Assembly: GCA_964016885.1 (NCBI GenBank)
Contig: OZ024741.1
Location: 78,430,001 to 78,494,000, forward strand
Direction of reading: 5' to 3'
Length of the DNA: 64,000 bases
DNA from: Eledone cirrhosa
Lineage: Eukaryota
The translations under genes and the position numbers were made by a program. Below are positions 12,696 to 25,789 of the stretch, in pieces; within the stretch, counting starts at the first letter, position 1; each line of letters starts with the position of its first letter. The notes beneath the pieces are model-generated. The model made no database searches and was not told the origin of the DNA. It worked only from the letters and a program-made list of their open reading frames with translations.

Positions 12696-14526
12696 TCAGG
12701 TTATCAATAATGTAGTGATAATATATCGTTACGTTAGAGATGAACAGCGTACGTGCAGGTTTGCTCAACGAGTATAAATTATATTCCGGAGAAATGTAGA
12801 AAGGATGAATATAAAATGAAAGTGCTTTTGTTAAAAAAGGAATTTATTAGGTATTGACATATGTTTCTGTAACAGACCGAATACCTATGTATCGCTGCTT
12901 GCGTAATCATATAATGTTAGCAAGTATTCGATAGCAAATGTATAATCAGTTGTCACTTCTTCAGAGATTTTGGATAAACTGGATAAAATCAGAAAAATTG
13001 AAGTATTTATATTAGTAAAAGAGGAAGGAACAGAGGGGATAGAATATGACAGATGGTAAAATAATTTACTGCTAAACAAGTATATAATGGGTTTTTAATG
13101 AGAATACCATGAGTAAATCTAAATAAGAATTTTGGGGGTGCTGATTTTAATCTCTACTTGACCAACTGGACAGTGGACAGGGCTGGTCATTTGGTGCAGT
13201 AGTATTAATCGTAAAGTGTCAATTGGGGAAGGGGGAGATTTCGATTGCTACTAAATAACATCAATGCTAGTGGTCAGCTGGTATTTGCTCTAGGGAATTG
13301 AATCAAAAAATCAGAAATCTCATTTTATCTATAGCAGTTTGTATTAAAAGGTAAATAATAGAAGAGTTGATAGAATTAAGACTAATAAAGAATGTTCATA
13401 TCTATTTTGACAATCAAACGGGGATAGAGACAGGCGTTCAATCCTGGTAGTATTTATAATATGAAAATGTAGATTTTAAGCGATGGTTACAGTATAACGA
13501 TCGCTCTATTCTGTTATTTAATAAAATGTTTTTGGATTTCATAATACAAAATAATTCTACATTACATAATCTACAAAATTCCTGTCCATTGGAATATGGG
13601 GGGGCAGCCGCTATTATATCCCATTTTAGGTGAAATTGTTGGTTATTTTCACGCAGCTGCCAAGCCTTGTCTGCGAGTGTTGTTACATAACGCTGGTTTT
13701 CATGTTTTATCGAATAACGATGTCTATAAAGGCGTGATTTAAAGGAGGTGGCTGTAGATCCCACATAGTACCACTTCTGTCTATCCGATTCGATAGTACA
13801 TTTGTATACGATGTTGCGTTCAAGACACTGGTTGTTCAACGGACACATTCCTGGTTGGACACAGTTGCAATTACAATTTTGCGTTGTTGTATTGCTATGG
13901 ATGGGTTGATGAGGTTGCTTATGTAGAACAGGATGTTGTTTGTTGTTTTGTGATGTTATAGCTAATGTTTTACGTGTATTGTTATGTGTTGGAAGGCGTT
14001 TATACAACCGTTTTGCGTTAAGCATTTTTATATGTTGTTCAATATTAGGGGCGGTTGAATATGAAAGTCGGATGGTGTTAGGGTTTAAGATTTTATTATA
14101 TTTATGTGATGTTGGAAAGTGTTTTCTAACTAATCGAAAGAATTTTGAGGGTAGATTGGTTTTAATAGATTTGTTATAGACCGGGTTGTACCAGATATAC
14201 TCCTTACATCGCCTTCTGTTTGGTGGTGTGCGACTATTATTGTGTCTATTGCGGTAGTGTATGTATGGTGGTGATTCTGTGCTATTTCTACTCCTATGTG
14301 ATTTATTTTGGGTGTTTTGGTGATCATTGACTATATACTCTATATTATCTAGGTGACCGGCTTTCCTAAGTGCATCATCATAATACTCGGCATGTTCTTT
14401 GAAGGTTTGTTGGTTGGACGATAGGCGGGAGATTCTAAGAGAAACATTTCTAGGGATGGATTTAATTATAGAGAGTGGATGGTTAGAACTCGTATTTACA
14501 TATTTAAGGTTCTCATTTAGTTTATG
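12692..14526 (-). mobile_element. Penelope-like element, 5'-truncated (RT thumb, Cys linker, GIY-YIG endonuclease, pLTR); left arm of palindrome
   Basis: Hand-translated frame is open from the centre (HKLNENLKYVNTSSNHP...IWYNPVYN..KTN...KHFP...LSYS) into ORF 13438-14025 (CNC..CPL..QC, IVY, YYVGST, C-terminal CRLC..CNH). The 3' end abuts (TA)n at 12661-12691. Confidence 0.9.
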
Positions 14527-15017
14527 ATGAGAACCTTAAATATGTAAATACGAGTTCTAACCATCCACTCTCTATAATTAAATCCATCCCTAGAAATGTT
14601 TCTCTTAGAATCTCCCGCCTATCGTCCAACCAACAAACCTTCAAAGAACATGCCGAGTATTATGATGATGCACTTAGGAAAGCCGGTCACCTAGATAATA
14701 TAGAGTATATAGTCAATGATCACCAAAACACCCAAAATAAATCACATAGGAGTAGAAATAGCACAGAATCACCACCATACATACACTACCGCAATAGACA
14801 CAATAATAGTCGCACACCACCAAACAGAAGGCGATGTAAGGAGTATATCTGGTACAACCCGGTCTATAACAAATCTATTAAAACCAATCTACCCTCAAAA
14901 TTCTTTCGATTAGTTAGAAAACACTTTCCAACATCACATAAATATAATAAAATCTTAAACCCTAACACCATCCGACTTTCATATTCAACCGCCCCTAATA
15001 TTGAACAACATATAAAA

Positions 15018-15605
15018 ATGCTTAACGCAAAACGGTTGTATAAACGCCTTCCAACACATAACAATACACGTAAAACATTAGCTATAACATCACAAAACAA
15101 CAAACAACATCCTGTTCTACATAAGCAACCTCATCAACCCATCCATAGCAATACAACAACGCAAAATTGTAATTGCAACTGTGTCCAACCAGGAATGTGT
15201 CCGTTGAACAACCAGTGTCTTGAACGCAACATCGTATACAAATGTACTATCGAATCGGATAGACAGAAGTGGTACTATGTGGGATCTACAGCCACCTCCT
15301 TTAAATCACGCCTTTATAGACATCGTTATTCGATAAAACATGAAAACCAGCGTTATGTAACAACACTCGCAGACAAGGCTTGGCAGCTGCGTGAAAATAA
15401 CCAACAATTTCACCTAAAATGGGATATAATAGCGGCTGCCCCCCCATATTCCAATGGACAGGAATTTTGTAGATTATGTAATGTAGAATTATTTTGTATT
15501 ATGAAATCCAAAAACATTTTATTAAATAACAGAATAGAGCGATCGTTATACTGTAACCATCGCTTAAAATCTACATTTTCATATTATAAATACTACCAGG
15601 ATTGA
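15018..15605 (+). CDS. PLE GIY-YIG endonuclease region (frame extends back to 14526 as RT thumb); mirror at 13438-14025 (-)
   Basis: NIVYKC...YYVGSTATSFKSRLYRH GIY-YIG motif and LLNNRIE; no stop codons. Confidence 0.85.
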   Translation: MLNAKRLYKRLPTHNNTRKTLAITSQNNKQHPVLHKQPHQPIHSNTTTQNCNCNCVQPGMCPLNNQCLERNIVYKCTIESDRQKWYYVGSTATSFKSRLYRHRYSIKHENQRYVTTLADKAWQLRENNQQFHLKWDIIAAAPPYSNGQEFCRLCNVELFCIMKSKNILLNNRIERSLYCNHRLKSTFSYYKYYQD

Positions 15606-16078
15606 ACGCCTGTCTCTATCCCCGTTTGATTGTCAAAATAGATATGAACATTCTTTATTAGTCTTAATTCTATCAACTCTTCTATTATTTACCTTTTAAT
15701 ACAAACTGCTATAGATAAAATGAGATTTCTGATTTTTTGATTCAATTCCCTAGAGCAAATACCAGCTGACCACTAGCATTGATGTTATTTAGTAGCAATC
15801 GAAATCTCCCCCTTCCCCAATTGACACTTTACGATTAATACTACTGCACCAAATGACCAGCCCTGTCCACTGTCCAGTTGGTCAAGTAGAGATTAAAATC
15901 AGCACCCCCAAAATTCTTATTTAGATTTACTCATGGTATTCTCATTAAAAACCCATTATATACTTGTTTAGCAGTAAATTATTTTACCATCTGTCATATT
16001 CTATCCCCTCTGTTCCTTCCTCTTTTACTAATATAAATACTTCAATTTTTCTGATTTTATCCAGTTTATCCAAAATCT

Positions 16079-16195
16079 CTGAAGAAGTGACAACTGATTA
16101 TACATTTGCTATCGAATACTTGCTAACATTATATGATTACGCAAGCAGCGATACATAGGTATTCGGTCTGTTACAGAAACATATGTCAATACCTA
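16079..16195 (+). ncRNA. Hammerhead-like motif in PLE pLTR, atypical core; mirror at 12848-12964 (-)
   Basis: CTGAAGA at 16079 and GAAAC-ATAT-GTC at 16176-16187. An 8-bp stem TAGGTATT/AATACCTA encloses the latter. AATAAA follows directly. Confidence 0.55.
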
Positions 16196-16371
16196 ATAAA
16201 TTCCTTTTTTAACAAAAGCACTTTCATTTTATATTCATCCTTTCTATATATATATATATATATATATACATATGTGTGTAGAAGAGGGATCTCAAACTGA
16301 AGGACATAAAAGGGCCATTACGTCCTGGAGGAAAAGCACAGTGGGCCAAATGATTATTTTCACCAGTTATA

Positions 16372-16582
16372 ATCATTTCTACTATAGGCACAAGGCATGA
16401 AATTTAGGATTTAGAGTCCTGTCGATTACATCAATCCCAGTTCACAATTGGTACTTAATCTATCGACCCCAAAAGGATGAAAGGAAAAGTTAAGATCAGC
16501 GGAATTTGAACTCAGAACGTAAAAACGGAAGAAGTACCGCTAAGCATTTCGCCAGATGTGCTAACGATTCCACCAGCCCCCT
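16372..16582 (-). mobile_element. tRNA-derived SINE (same family as 54-241)
   Basis: Plus strand reads GGTACTTAATCTATCGACCCCAAAAGGATGAAAGG...GGAATTTGAACTCAGAACG...CTAACGATTC. Confidence 0.85.
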
Positions 16583-16641
16583 GTTGGAGAGCTAGATAGA
16601 TAGACGTGTACCAAACACACACACACATTTCTTACTCTCTT

Positions 16642-16681
<40 letters not shown>

Positions 16682-17612
16682 TGTGTTAGTGTGCGCGCGC
16701 GTGTATGTATGTGTGTATCTATCTATCTATGTATATATATAAGGGATACAGATATTGTTTGTTCACTGTCACCAAGCATCTCAATTCATTTGTTGCAACT
16801 AAGTTTGTGATCGAGACACTTTATTTTGCAAGGTACTATTTTTCGCTTGAGTTTGTGATTCAAGAGAAAGGTAAGAATTTCTTCATATTTTGCATCTTTT
16901 GTATTTTGACTTTACAGTTTGAATTGTAGAATTGTCTATCCACTCAAAATATTACAACAGCTAACAGTGAAATATAGAAGTTAAAAAAAAAAGAAGCTTT
17001 TTCGACTGAGATCAAATCTTTGAGAACATTCACGTCTTTTTCTTTAAATATATAATTTGAAATAGCTTGCTTTTGTTTTGGACTGAAACTTTTTTGTATT
17101 TCATTTGTATGAGTATTTTTTAAAGATCATTTTAAAGATTCTAACATAACTTGATTTGGCCCAGTAATCTACTGATATTAAAATCAGTAGTATATTGAAA
17201 AATGGAAAAATGGGGGGGTTCGTGATTTTGAGGGGCAAAACCTTTGATTTAAATGAAGCTAAAATGAAATACGGCAATGGCTAAAATGACAAGAGAGAAA
17301 AGGTAAAAGAAAATCAAGGATACCAGCATCTTTACATAGAATGCTGCAATCAAGGAAATATCAAATATGTTTACTATAAACTCCATTTTTGATGGGCACT
17401 GTGCTAGTATACATATATATTATTGGTGATTATATAGTGAATTGCTTACAAATTGGTAAGAATAGTATTTTCATCATACACAAAGGCAATTTTATTTCTC
17501 ACTTGAATCTAATACCACATGAGACGTAATTCCTTGAAATTGAAATGTTCATATAACAGCAGCATTACTGTATTAGAACTTTTGCAAACACTGAGCAGAC
17601 ATACAGACCCAG

Positions 17613-17655
<43 letters not shown>

Positions 17656-17664
17656 TTTGTTGTT

Positions 17665-18222
17665 GTGCTCATAGTATCTAGAATAAGGATGGGTTGGAAG
17701 GAATTGAGGGAGCTGCTTCCTCTGTTGACAAAGAAGGGTTTCTCCCTGCAAACGAAAGGCTGGTTATATGATGCCTGTGTGACATGCACGATGCTGCATA
17801 GTAGTGAGACATGGGCAGCAACTGCGGAGGATATGCAATGGCTGGAGAGAAATGAAGCAAGCATGCTCTGTTGGATGTGCAATGTCTATGTGCATGAACG
17901 ACTAAGCATAGATGAGTTGAGAGAGAAACTGTGTATAAGAGGGATAAGTTGTAGTATGAGGGAGAGAACACTGTGTTGGTATGGATATGTGATGCATATA
18001 GCGGATGATCGGTGGGTGAAGAAGTCAAGAAATCCCAGTAGAAGGAAGACGCAGTAGAGGAAAACCAAGAAAAACATGGGCGGAGGTGGTGAGAGCTGAT
18101 CTCAGATCGCTGAAGCTCACGGAGGAGATGACAAAGGACCGTGACGAATGGAGAGATGCTGTGCTGAATAGGACCCGTTCCACCATTGCAAGCAGGGAAA
18201 AGCAGACATAAAATGGTGATGA
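17665..18222 (+). pseudogene. RTE LINE 3' fragment
   Basis: RIRMGWKELRELLPLLT...MLHSSETWA...LCWYGYVMH, ending in a (GAT)n-like tail. Confidence 0.85.
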
Positions 18223-18225
18223 TAT

Positions 18226-18400
18226 ATATCATCATCATCATTTTACGTCCACTTTTCCCTGCTTGCAAGGGTGGGACGGCAACTGATTCTGGCTTGATTT
18301 CTACAGCTGGATGCTCTTCCTAACACCAACCTCATTTACAGTGAGTGCTGGGTGCTTTTTTTCCATGGCACCTCCATGACCACTTTGCAGTGGAATGATA
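18226..18400 (-). mobile_element. RTE-associated non-autonomous element (GGAAGGGCATCCAGCTGTAGAAA family)
   Basis: Shared motif and (GAT)n tail. Relatives at ~32200-32397 (+), ~37195-37480 (-), ~57680-58070 (+) and ~63330-63490 (-). Confidence 0.7.
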
Positions 18401-18424
18401 GGACTCCAGTCTTATCATCTCATT

Positions 18425-18562
18425 TCTACAGCTGAGTAAACTGGAGCAATGTGAAATAAAGTGTCTTGCTCAAGGAAACAACACATCACCCGGTCTGAGA
18501 ATTGAACTCACAACCTTTCGATTGCAAGGCCAATGCTCTAACCACTAAGCCATGTGCCTCCT
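18425..18562 (-). mobile_element. tRNA-derived SINE (third family)
   Basis: Minus strand GGAGGCACATGGCTTAGTGGTTAGAGC (A box), GAGTTCAATTC (B box), then CCTTGAGCAAGACACTT. Confidence 0.8.
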
Positions 18563-18619
18563 ATATATATATATATTGACTGCATGGGGCAGATATGGAC
18601 TCTGTAAGCCGTAGTGGAT

Positions 18620-21190
18620 AGATAAGGAGATAGAGTAGTTAAAGTGACAGAACTATCGAGCTTAGAATAGCTGTATGAAATAGACTGGTGACAATTACAT
18701 CTACCAATTTGCTACAGGCTGGAGTGAGTAAAGAACAAAAGGACAGGATCTATGAGGAAATTTTACAGACCGTCTCAGGTACTGATGAAAGAAACCCCAT
18801 CATCTTGGCAGGCGACTTCAATGGACATGTTGGACAGAACCAGGATGGATTCACTGGAGTTCACTGCAGCTGTGATTATAGCTCAAGAAATGAAGAGTTG
18901 CAGCACAAATTTCAGGAAACTGCCAATCATTTGATCTCATAGCAAACAGGTGAACACACAAGTCAGATTGATTTCTGACTTGGAAGATGAGAGAGACAGA
19001 TAGTAATAAATGTTAAGGACTTCCCCGAGAAAGAAAGTGTCACCCAACACAAGTTAATTATTAGTGGCATAAGGATACACACAAGACATAAAAAGATACA
19101 CAGGAAAATATGGAAATGGAAGGTTTGGAAGCTAAAGGACCCTTCTGTTAAATATAAGTTTAAAAAGGCTCTACAGAATGTATTTGATGAGAGCGGAGAT
19201 GAGTTATATATATATGACATAGAGGACAATTGGAAATTCTTCTGTGACAACCTATTGTGAACTACTGATGAGACCAGTGGTTAGAGCAAAGCAGTAGCCA
19301 GACAGAGGGTGACTTGGTGGCGGAACAGCACAGTGGATAGAGCCATTAGAACTATGAGACAGACATGGAAAAATGGGAGTAGCAAAGACCAGTACCATGT
19401 AACTAAGAGAGAAACTAGACAACAGGTATACATAGCTCGGAAAGAGACTGAAGAAGATAAGTTGCCAATATCTTGTGATGTGAAATGTTCCACATTGCAA
19501 GGAAGTGTGCCATTGTAAATCAGGATGTTGTTGAGGAAAAGTGTGTTAGAAATGAAACTGGTGCACTTAGCATTACTGATGCTCAAATGAAAAAGGCCTC
19601 GAAATGTTACCATGAGAGGCTGATGAATGTAGAGAATAAATGGGAGGATGAGAGACTACCTCCAACTTACTCAACAGAGGGACCAGCTACTGGAATTAAC
19701 AGTTATAGGGTCAAAGAAGAATCAAGGAGATGAAAAATGGTAAAGCCACAGGGCTGTCAGAGATAGTTGCCAAGATGCTAAAAGCATCAGAAGTAGGAGT
19801 TGAACTAGTAACCTGCATAGTCAACCAGGTAATATGGCCAGAGTTATACCCAATGAATGGTGCAGTAGTACAATCATAAATTGCTACAAGGGTAAAGGTG
19901 ATGCTCTAGAAGGGAGCAATTATAGAAGAATAAAACTAATGGATCAAGTTATGGGAGTGACGGAAAGAGTTATAGTGCGGGTAATTAAGGAAAGAGTCAA
20001 ATTTGACAAGATGCAGTTTGGTTTCATGTCAGGGAAAAATAGTACAGAAGCCCTCTTCTTAATGAGACAACTACAAGGGAAGTTCCTGGCGAAGAATAAG
20101 CCGCTATATCTAGCTTTTGTTGATCTAGAGAAGGTCTTTGACAGAATACCTCATTCTGTAATCTGGTGGTCCTTAAGAAAACTAGGTGTAGACGAATGGC
20201 TTGTGAGAGAAGTGCAAGCCATGTAAAGTAGGAAGTGAGTTCTGTGAGGAATTCAAGGTGCAGGCCAGAGTTCATCAGGGTTCAGTTCTCAGCTCACTGC
20301 AATTAATCATAGTTTTCCATACCCTAACAGAGGAGTTTAAGACTGGCTGTGCATGGAACTTCTCTATGTAAAAGAACTAGTAAATAAGTTCCAACTATGG
20401 AAACAGAATTTGGAATGAAAGGGTCTGAGAGTAAACTTAGCCAAAACTAAAGTGATAGTAAGTAAGAAACCAGATAGGACCCTGATTCCTTCAGAGAAGT
20501 GGCCCTGAAAGAAGACTTTGTATGTAAAAGATACACAGGAGTAATCTAAGAGAAAAGTGTCAGTGATATAAACCTTTTCCAATCACATGAAGGGGCCATA
20601 GAAATGGTTGATAGCTTTTGCTATCTAGGTAACCTAATTAGCAGCAGAGGAGGGTGCTCCAAATTCATAATAACTAGAATAAGGATAGGATGGAAGAAGT
20701 TTGGAGAGCTACTCCCACTGTTGACAACAAAAGGTCTCTCTCTACATACAAAAGGACGGCTGCATAATGCCTGTGTGTGAGGTGCGATGCTGTATGGGCA
20801 GTAACTGCAGAGGACATATGTAGGTTGGTGAGAAATGAAGCTACCATGCTTTGTTCGATGTGCAATGCAAATGTGAGAGAAATGCAGACCCTGGATGAAC
20901 TGAGGGAGAAATTGGGTTTAAGAGGAATTCGAACTGGTGTGCAAGAGAAAAGATTGGGTTGGTACTGATGTGTGATGCACATGGATGATGATCACTGGGT
21001 GAAGAAGTGCCAGGATATCCCAGTAGCAGGAAGCTGCAGTAGAGGTAGACCAAAGAAGACATGGGCAGAGGTGGTGACATCTGATCTAAAATTGTTGAGA
21101 CTCGCAGAAGAGATGACGAAGGAAGCAGCATGTGGAGAGATGCTAGTGTGGAAAAAAACCGGATGTAAAAACAATGATGATAATGATGAT
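18620..21190 (+). pseudogene. Heavily decayed, near-complete RTE LINE
   Basis: ILAGDFNGHVG (endonuclease), CYKGKGDALE.SNYR, LAFVDLEKVFD, FCYLG and C-terminal RLGWY..VM..GRPKKTW, in order, with many stops. Confidence 0.85.
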
Positions 21191-21527
21191 GATATATATA
21201 TGGATAGCTATAAGTAAAAAAGCTATATTTTCTGACACACAAACATATAGCTATGTGTATGTGGATGTATGTTTGTGTGTGTGTGTAATGTTATATAAGT
21301 ATATATATGATATATATGTCAATTGTGTGACAAAGTTGACATTTCTCACTCTAAAAAAATAATAAGATAAATACTTGTTTTTATTTTCTTATGAGATTTA
21401 GTTGCAATTAAAGAAATGTCTGGAAGAAATAATTATGTTTATATACTGATGGTGATGTTGTTGAGGAGGAAAAGGACATTAATAATGATTAGGATACTGA
21501 TGATGATGATGATGATAATGATTTTAA

Positions 21528-21695
21528 TGTTTCAAATTTTAGGCACAAGGCTAGCAATTTGGAGGGAAGGGGAAAGTTGATTATATTGACTAATATTTGA
21601 CCGATACTTCATTTTATCAATTCCAGAAGGTTGAAAGTTGACCTCAGTGGGATATTGAACTCAGAATGTAAATAGCCAGAACAAATACCAATTAA
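21528..21695 (-). mobile_element. tRNA-derived SINE (family of 54-241); more copies at ~22312-22400 (-), ~54905-55010 (+), ~56845-57055 (-)
   Basis: GGCACAAGGC...AAAGTTGACCTCAGTGGGATATTGAACTCAGAATGT motif. Confidence 0.7.
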
Positions 21696-23399
21696 CATCC
21701 AATAAAACAGTACACACACTCTTACATAATTGATAGCTTGAACAATTTCCATGTTTGTATGTATGGACTCGTAACTCCTTGTGAAGTTGTAAGGGCATCG
21801 GCATGATATATAACATGTCTTGGGCATGTTAAACGTTGTGGAGCCCATCCTTTCTCCAGGACTGAACACAGCAACTTTGGGATTGATAAAATAAACACAG
21901 AGACAGATACATAAACCGAACTCTAGGACTTATATACAACATACAGAAAATATTACTACTAATCGCTGCACACATATTATGAAGAGTACTTTCAATACAA
22001 TACACCACACAACACCACTAAAAGCAACACTGCACATACTCTAAGCACACAAAGCTGTGCAACGTAATCCAGTGACTCTATACAAATATGAAAATAAGAC
22101 TTGTGATGATGATGACAATAGCAACAACAACAGTAATAATTATAATATCGATGATAACAATTTCTTTTATTTACCATAAGGGGCCAAGATGTTTGAGACA
22201 ATACAAAGATGAAAACAAACAAACAAAACAAAGCAAACAACACAGCAGAGTGGGGTTTACATTGAGTAAGTGAAAGGGGACATCAATAAAGAGAAAACAG
22301 TATATATAACAATAATTGTTTCTTCTTTTGGCACAAGGCTAACAATTATCCCAGTGCATTACTGGTATTTTATTTTATTGACCCTGGTAAGGGTGAAAAG
22401 CCAATAGGAAGAGTTCCCCAATAGGAAGTGACTGCACATGAAGGTAATTTGAAGGAAAACCCCACACAAAGCCCCAGAATACTCTGTTGCCTCACAGGTA
22501 TAGTAAGTGTACTTTTCCAATTTCTTTCCTAAGAGTAGGCTCATTCACCTATGTCAATCTTGCTGTTCTCACTCAGCTTTCATAAATGACATTAGAAGGC
22601 AGCACCTCCTCCTCTACATTCACCTTCCTCTTTAAGTGGTATCTAAAGAAGTTTATGAGGGCGTGGCCAGAGAAGAAGATTTGGAGCAAACAGCATCAGC
22701 AATAATAATAATAAAAGGTTTATGTATAGAAAAAGATGTACCTAACAACTAGACAATCACAAAAATTATGACAAATTACTATAAATAACTGTTTTATAAC
22801 CCTGATTTAATATGATAAACAAGAATTCCATGGATGAATACTTCACAAATTTAGGTCATCTCAAATATTTCCTTGTTAGACTTTCTACCCAGCCTTCTCA
22901 CCCAATGATATATTTCAGATATATTCCAGTTTAGACATTTTCTCTTCTGTTTATTTGCAAGGTCCTGAGTAAAGGGTTGCACACATGACCTTTACAGCCC
23001 CCACCCTACCCCAAGACTGATGCTGTTGATGTTTAATTTCAATTGTTGCAAGTTGACCTCTACAGGAAAGATATGTGTAGGGAGAGAATTCCAGAGGGAC
23101 AATGGACAGGGGGAGGGGGTAAAGCGATTAGTGTTGGACTTATGGGAGGGGGACACACAATATGGATGATAAGAGGGAGAGGGACGAGTGTGATGGGAAT
23201 ATCTGAATGGAAGTGGCACATGGTCAGCCAACTCTGAAAACTTGAGGCCTTTATAGAAGTGGAAAAAAAGTAGAGCGAGGAGACAGAATGTCTGTAGGTC
23301 GTGTGTCTGTTAGTTATTTTATAGCAATCAGATGAGTGGCTTTTTTCTGTATGCAATGGAAGATGTGTGTGTGTGTAGCAGCATCAATCCATTGTAAGT

Positions 23400-23765
23400 T
23401 TTGCTTGAGCTTTTTTGAGTCATGTCTTGAAATCATCACCGTAGTATAATGGTGAACACCTCTGGCCACTATAGCTCCCAAACTGATGTCCAAATAGTTA
23501 CTTCAACAGCATCTAATACATTTTTTGAAGAACAGAAGAAGAATTACATCACTCTAGTCATGTAAAGAAGATTCTCTGGCCCAGACATGAGTGATCAAAT
23601 GGTGCAGATAGGAAGCCATGATGTCAAAACATTTTTTGAAAATTTCAGCAGGTAAGCCATCTTCATCCAGAGCCTTATTGTTCTTCAGATTTGGAATAGT
23701 TACAAACACCTCTCCGAGGGTTGGTACATCTGTCTATAATGTCTGGCAGACGTTTCATGATTGAG
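23400..23765 (-). pseudogene. Old RTE RT fragment
   Basis: Minus strand encodes LKNNKALDEDGLPAEIFK, a degenerate KAPG.DG.PAE motif. Confidence 0.6.
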
Positions 23766-24140
23766 CAAATTTGTATAGTGTATATACCATACTTAAAATA
23801 ACATATGAACTGACATCAAGAAGGGCATCCAGCAAAAGAAAAACTGCCTCAAACATCTTGTCCAACCCATGCAATTATGGATAAGTGAATGTATGATGAT
23901 GATACATCCCTACATATATTATACATGTGCATCAAAGTAAATATTGGATAGAAGGGGAGATATACAGATAGACAGACAGATTTACTGAGAGAGAGTGAAA
24001 AGCAGTAGGGAAGGCGGAAGGAATGAAAGAGTATGAGAGAGGTTTGAAAGAGATTGAGAGGGAAATAAGGAAGAGTGAATGAAGGGAGGGGGACTAACCA
24101 TGACCTTGTATTCATCTGTGTGTATCTGTCTTCCTTTGTA

Positions 24141-24189
<49 letters not shown>

Positions 24190-24705
24190 CTGTCTGTCTG
24201 TCTACACAGCATTAGGCATATTGCATTTAACCCAAAATATCATCATAATTATTTGGTGGTAGTGATGGTGGTGGAGTTGGTGGTAATAGATTTCATGGAT
24301 GCATTTTGTTGTTGATGATGGTAGTGGTAGTAACGGATGCATTGTGAGATACACCAGTCTTACGTCACATAGAAAAATCAATTTTATCTTCACTTTTCAA
24401 CTCTTTATACTCCAATCATTGGCTACCTGTTAGGATTATTGCATCCAGGCCTGTGCAAGATTATTAATAGGCCTAAATTAAGTACAAAATGTAGGCCCTA
24501 TTTCAAATTGTTCATTAAGTATTTTAGTTATCTATGCTGAATACATATGATTTATGTATAGGTTACAGGTATAGGCATGTAAATGTGTTGTAAGTACAAC
24601 TAACAGAACAGACTAAAAGATCTAGAATATGAAGCAAGTAGGCCACCTAAAAATTAATACAACTGACCTCCATCGCTGGCCTGGCCTCATTGCACCCCCA
24701 TTTTG

Positions 24706-24830
24706 CTGTGTCCACTCTCTGTCCCTTTCACCACTGTACAATCATATTTTGGTGTGTCCACTGTCTCTTTCACCACTGCTACAATCATATTTTGGTGTGT
24801 CCACTCTGTCTCTTTCACCACTGCAACAAT
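24706..24830. repeat. ~40-bp minisatellite, 3 units
   Basis: GTGTCCACT(CT)nGTCTCTTTCACCACTGCTACAATCATATTTTGGT repeated. Confidence 0.9.
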
Positions 24831-25686
24831 AATATTAGCTCTTCTAACTTTGTTGATGGATCAGCAACTCCTCCCTCACCAATACACTACAACTAATGGC
24901 CAATACACCAATTACAAAGCTACTATGTAGTCAATAATTAACCCCCCTCCAATAAAAATGAGAGCCAAATCTCTCTCACGTTACACCCCACTGTATTAAA
25001 AAGGAAAGAACACATTAGATAATGCAGTCCTAAAAACGTTTCTCTTTCTCTCTTTCCACACACACATACACACACATACACACACACACACACATACAGT
25101 AGTCCAGAAATAGCCGTTGAAACAGCTTGAGCTCTGCTGTCGGAATTAAACATTTTCCTATTACCCACTCTACTACCCTAAGTATTGAGTACTCTGGTGC
25201 GTTATGGTCCATCTGGTTCCTTACCACACTTCCTTTGTTATATATACATATATATACCCACTCAAATACATCTGTCTATTCAACTGTCCATTTCATCTCT
25301 TCCTGTAGGACGATTGTTAATGATGATGGCTGGTGTTGGTGGTGGTGGTAGTAGTAGTAGTAGAAAACTAGTTCTTTTTGAGAAACTCTCATTAATAGCT
25401 ACTTAACTAGCTCTAGCTATCTAGCTACTTAGGTATCTAACTAGCTGGTTATCTATCTATCTAACTAGCTAGCTAGCTAGATTATTTAGCTTAGCTATTA
25501 ATCCCCAATCTTTGCTTGCTGTTCTTTAACACTACAATACTAAATAGATGCAGATAGACAGACAGAGAGTTTACTATTAAATAGTGAGGACAACACTGTA
25601 CAAATATTTAGTTTGATATCAGAAACTTTAATTTCTCCACACTATGGCTTTCATATGTGACTGACACCACCAGCTCTGCAGATAAC

Positions 25687-25753
<67 letters not shown>

Positions 25754-25789
25754 ATCTTCCTGCTCTACTTTTGCCTGGCCCCACTTTTA

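Larger units (their letters stand above)
14527..16246 (+). mobile_element. Inverted copy of the same Penelope-like element (right arm)
   Basis: Mirror ORFs have identical translations, with position p pairing to 29043-p. The frame is open 14526-15605. Ends at TTTCTA, then (TA)n. Confidence 0.9.

Noticed and set aside
12885-14327. Duplicated small ORFs (64, 65 and 79 aa) as a paralogous gene pair
   Set aside because: They are alternative-frame or UTR by-products of the PLE palindrome.
18425-18562. tRNA genes at A/B-box motifs (also 54-241, 12408, 16372)
   Set aside because: No complete cloverleaf; they continue into SINE bodies.
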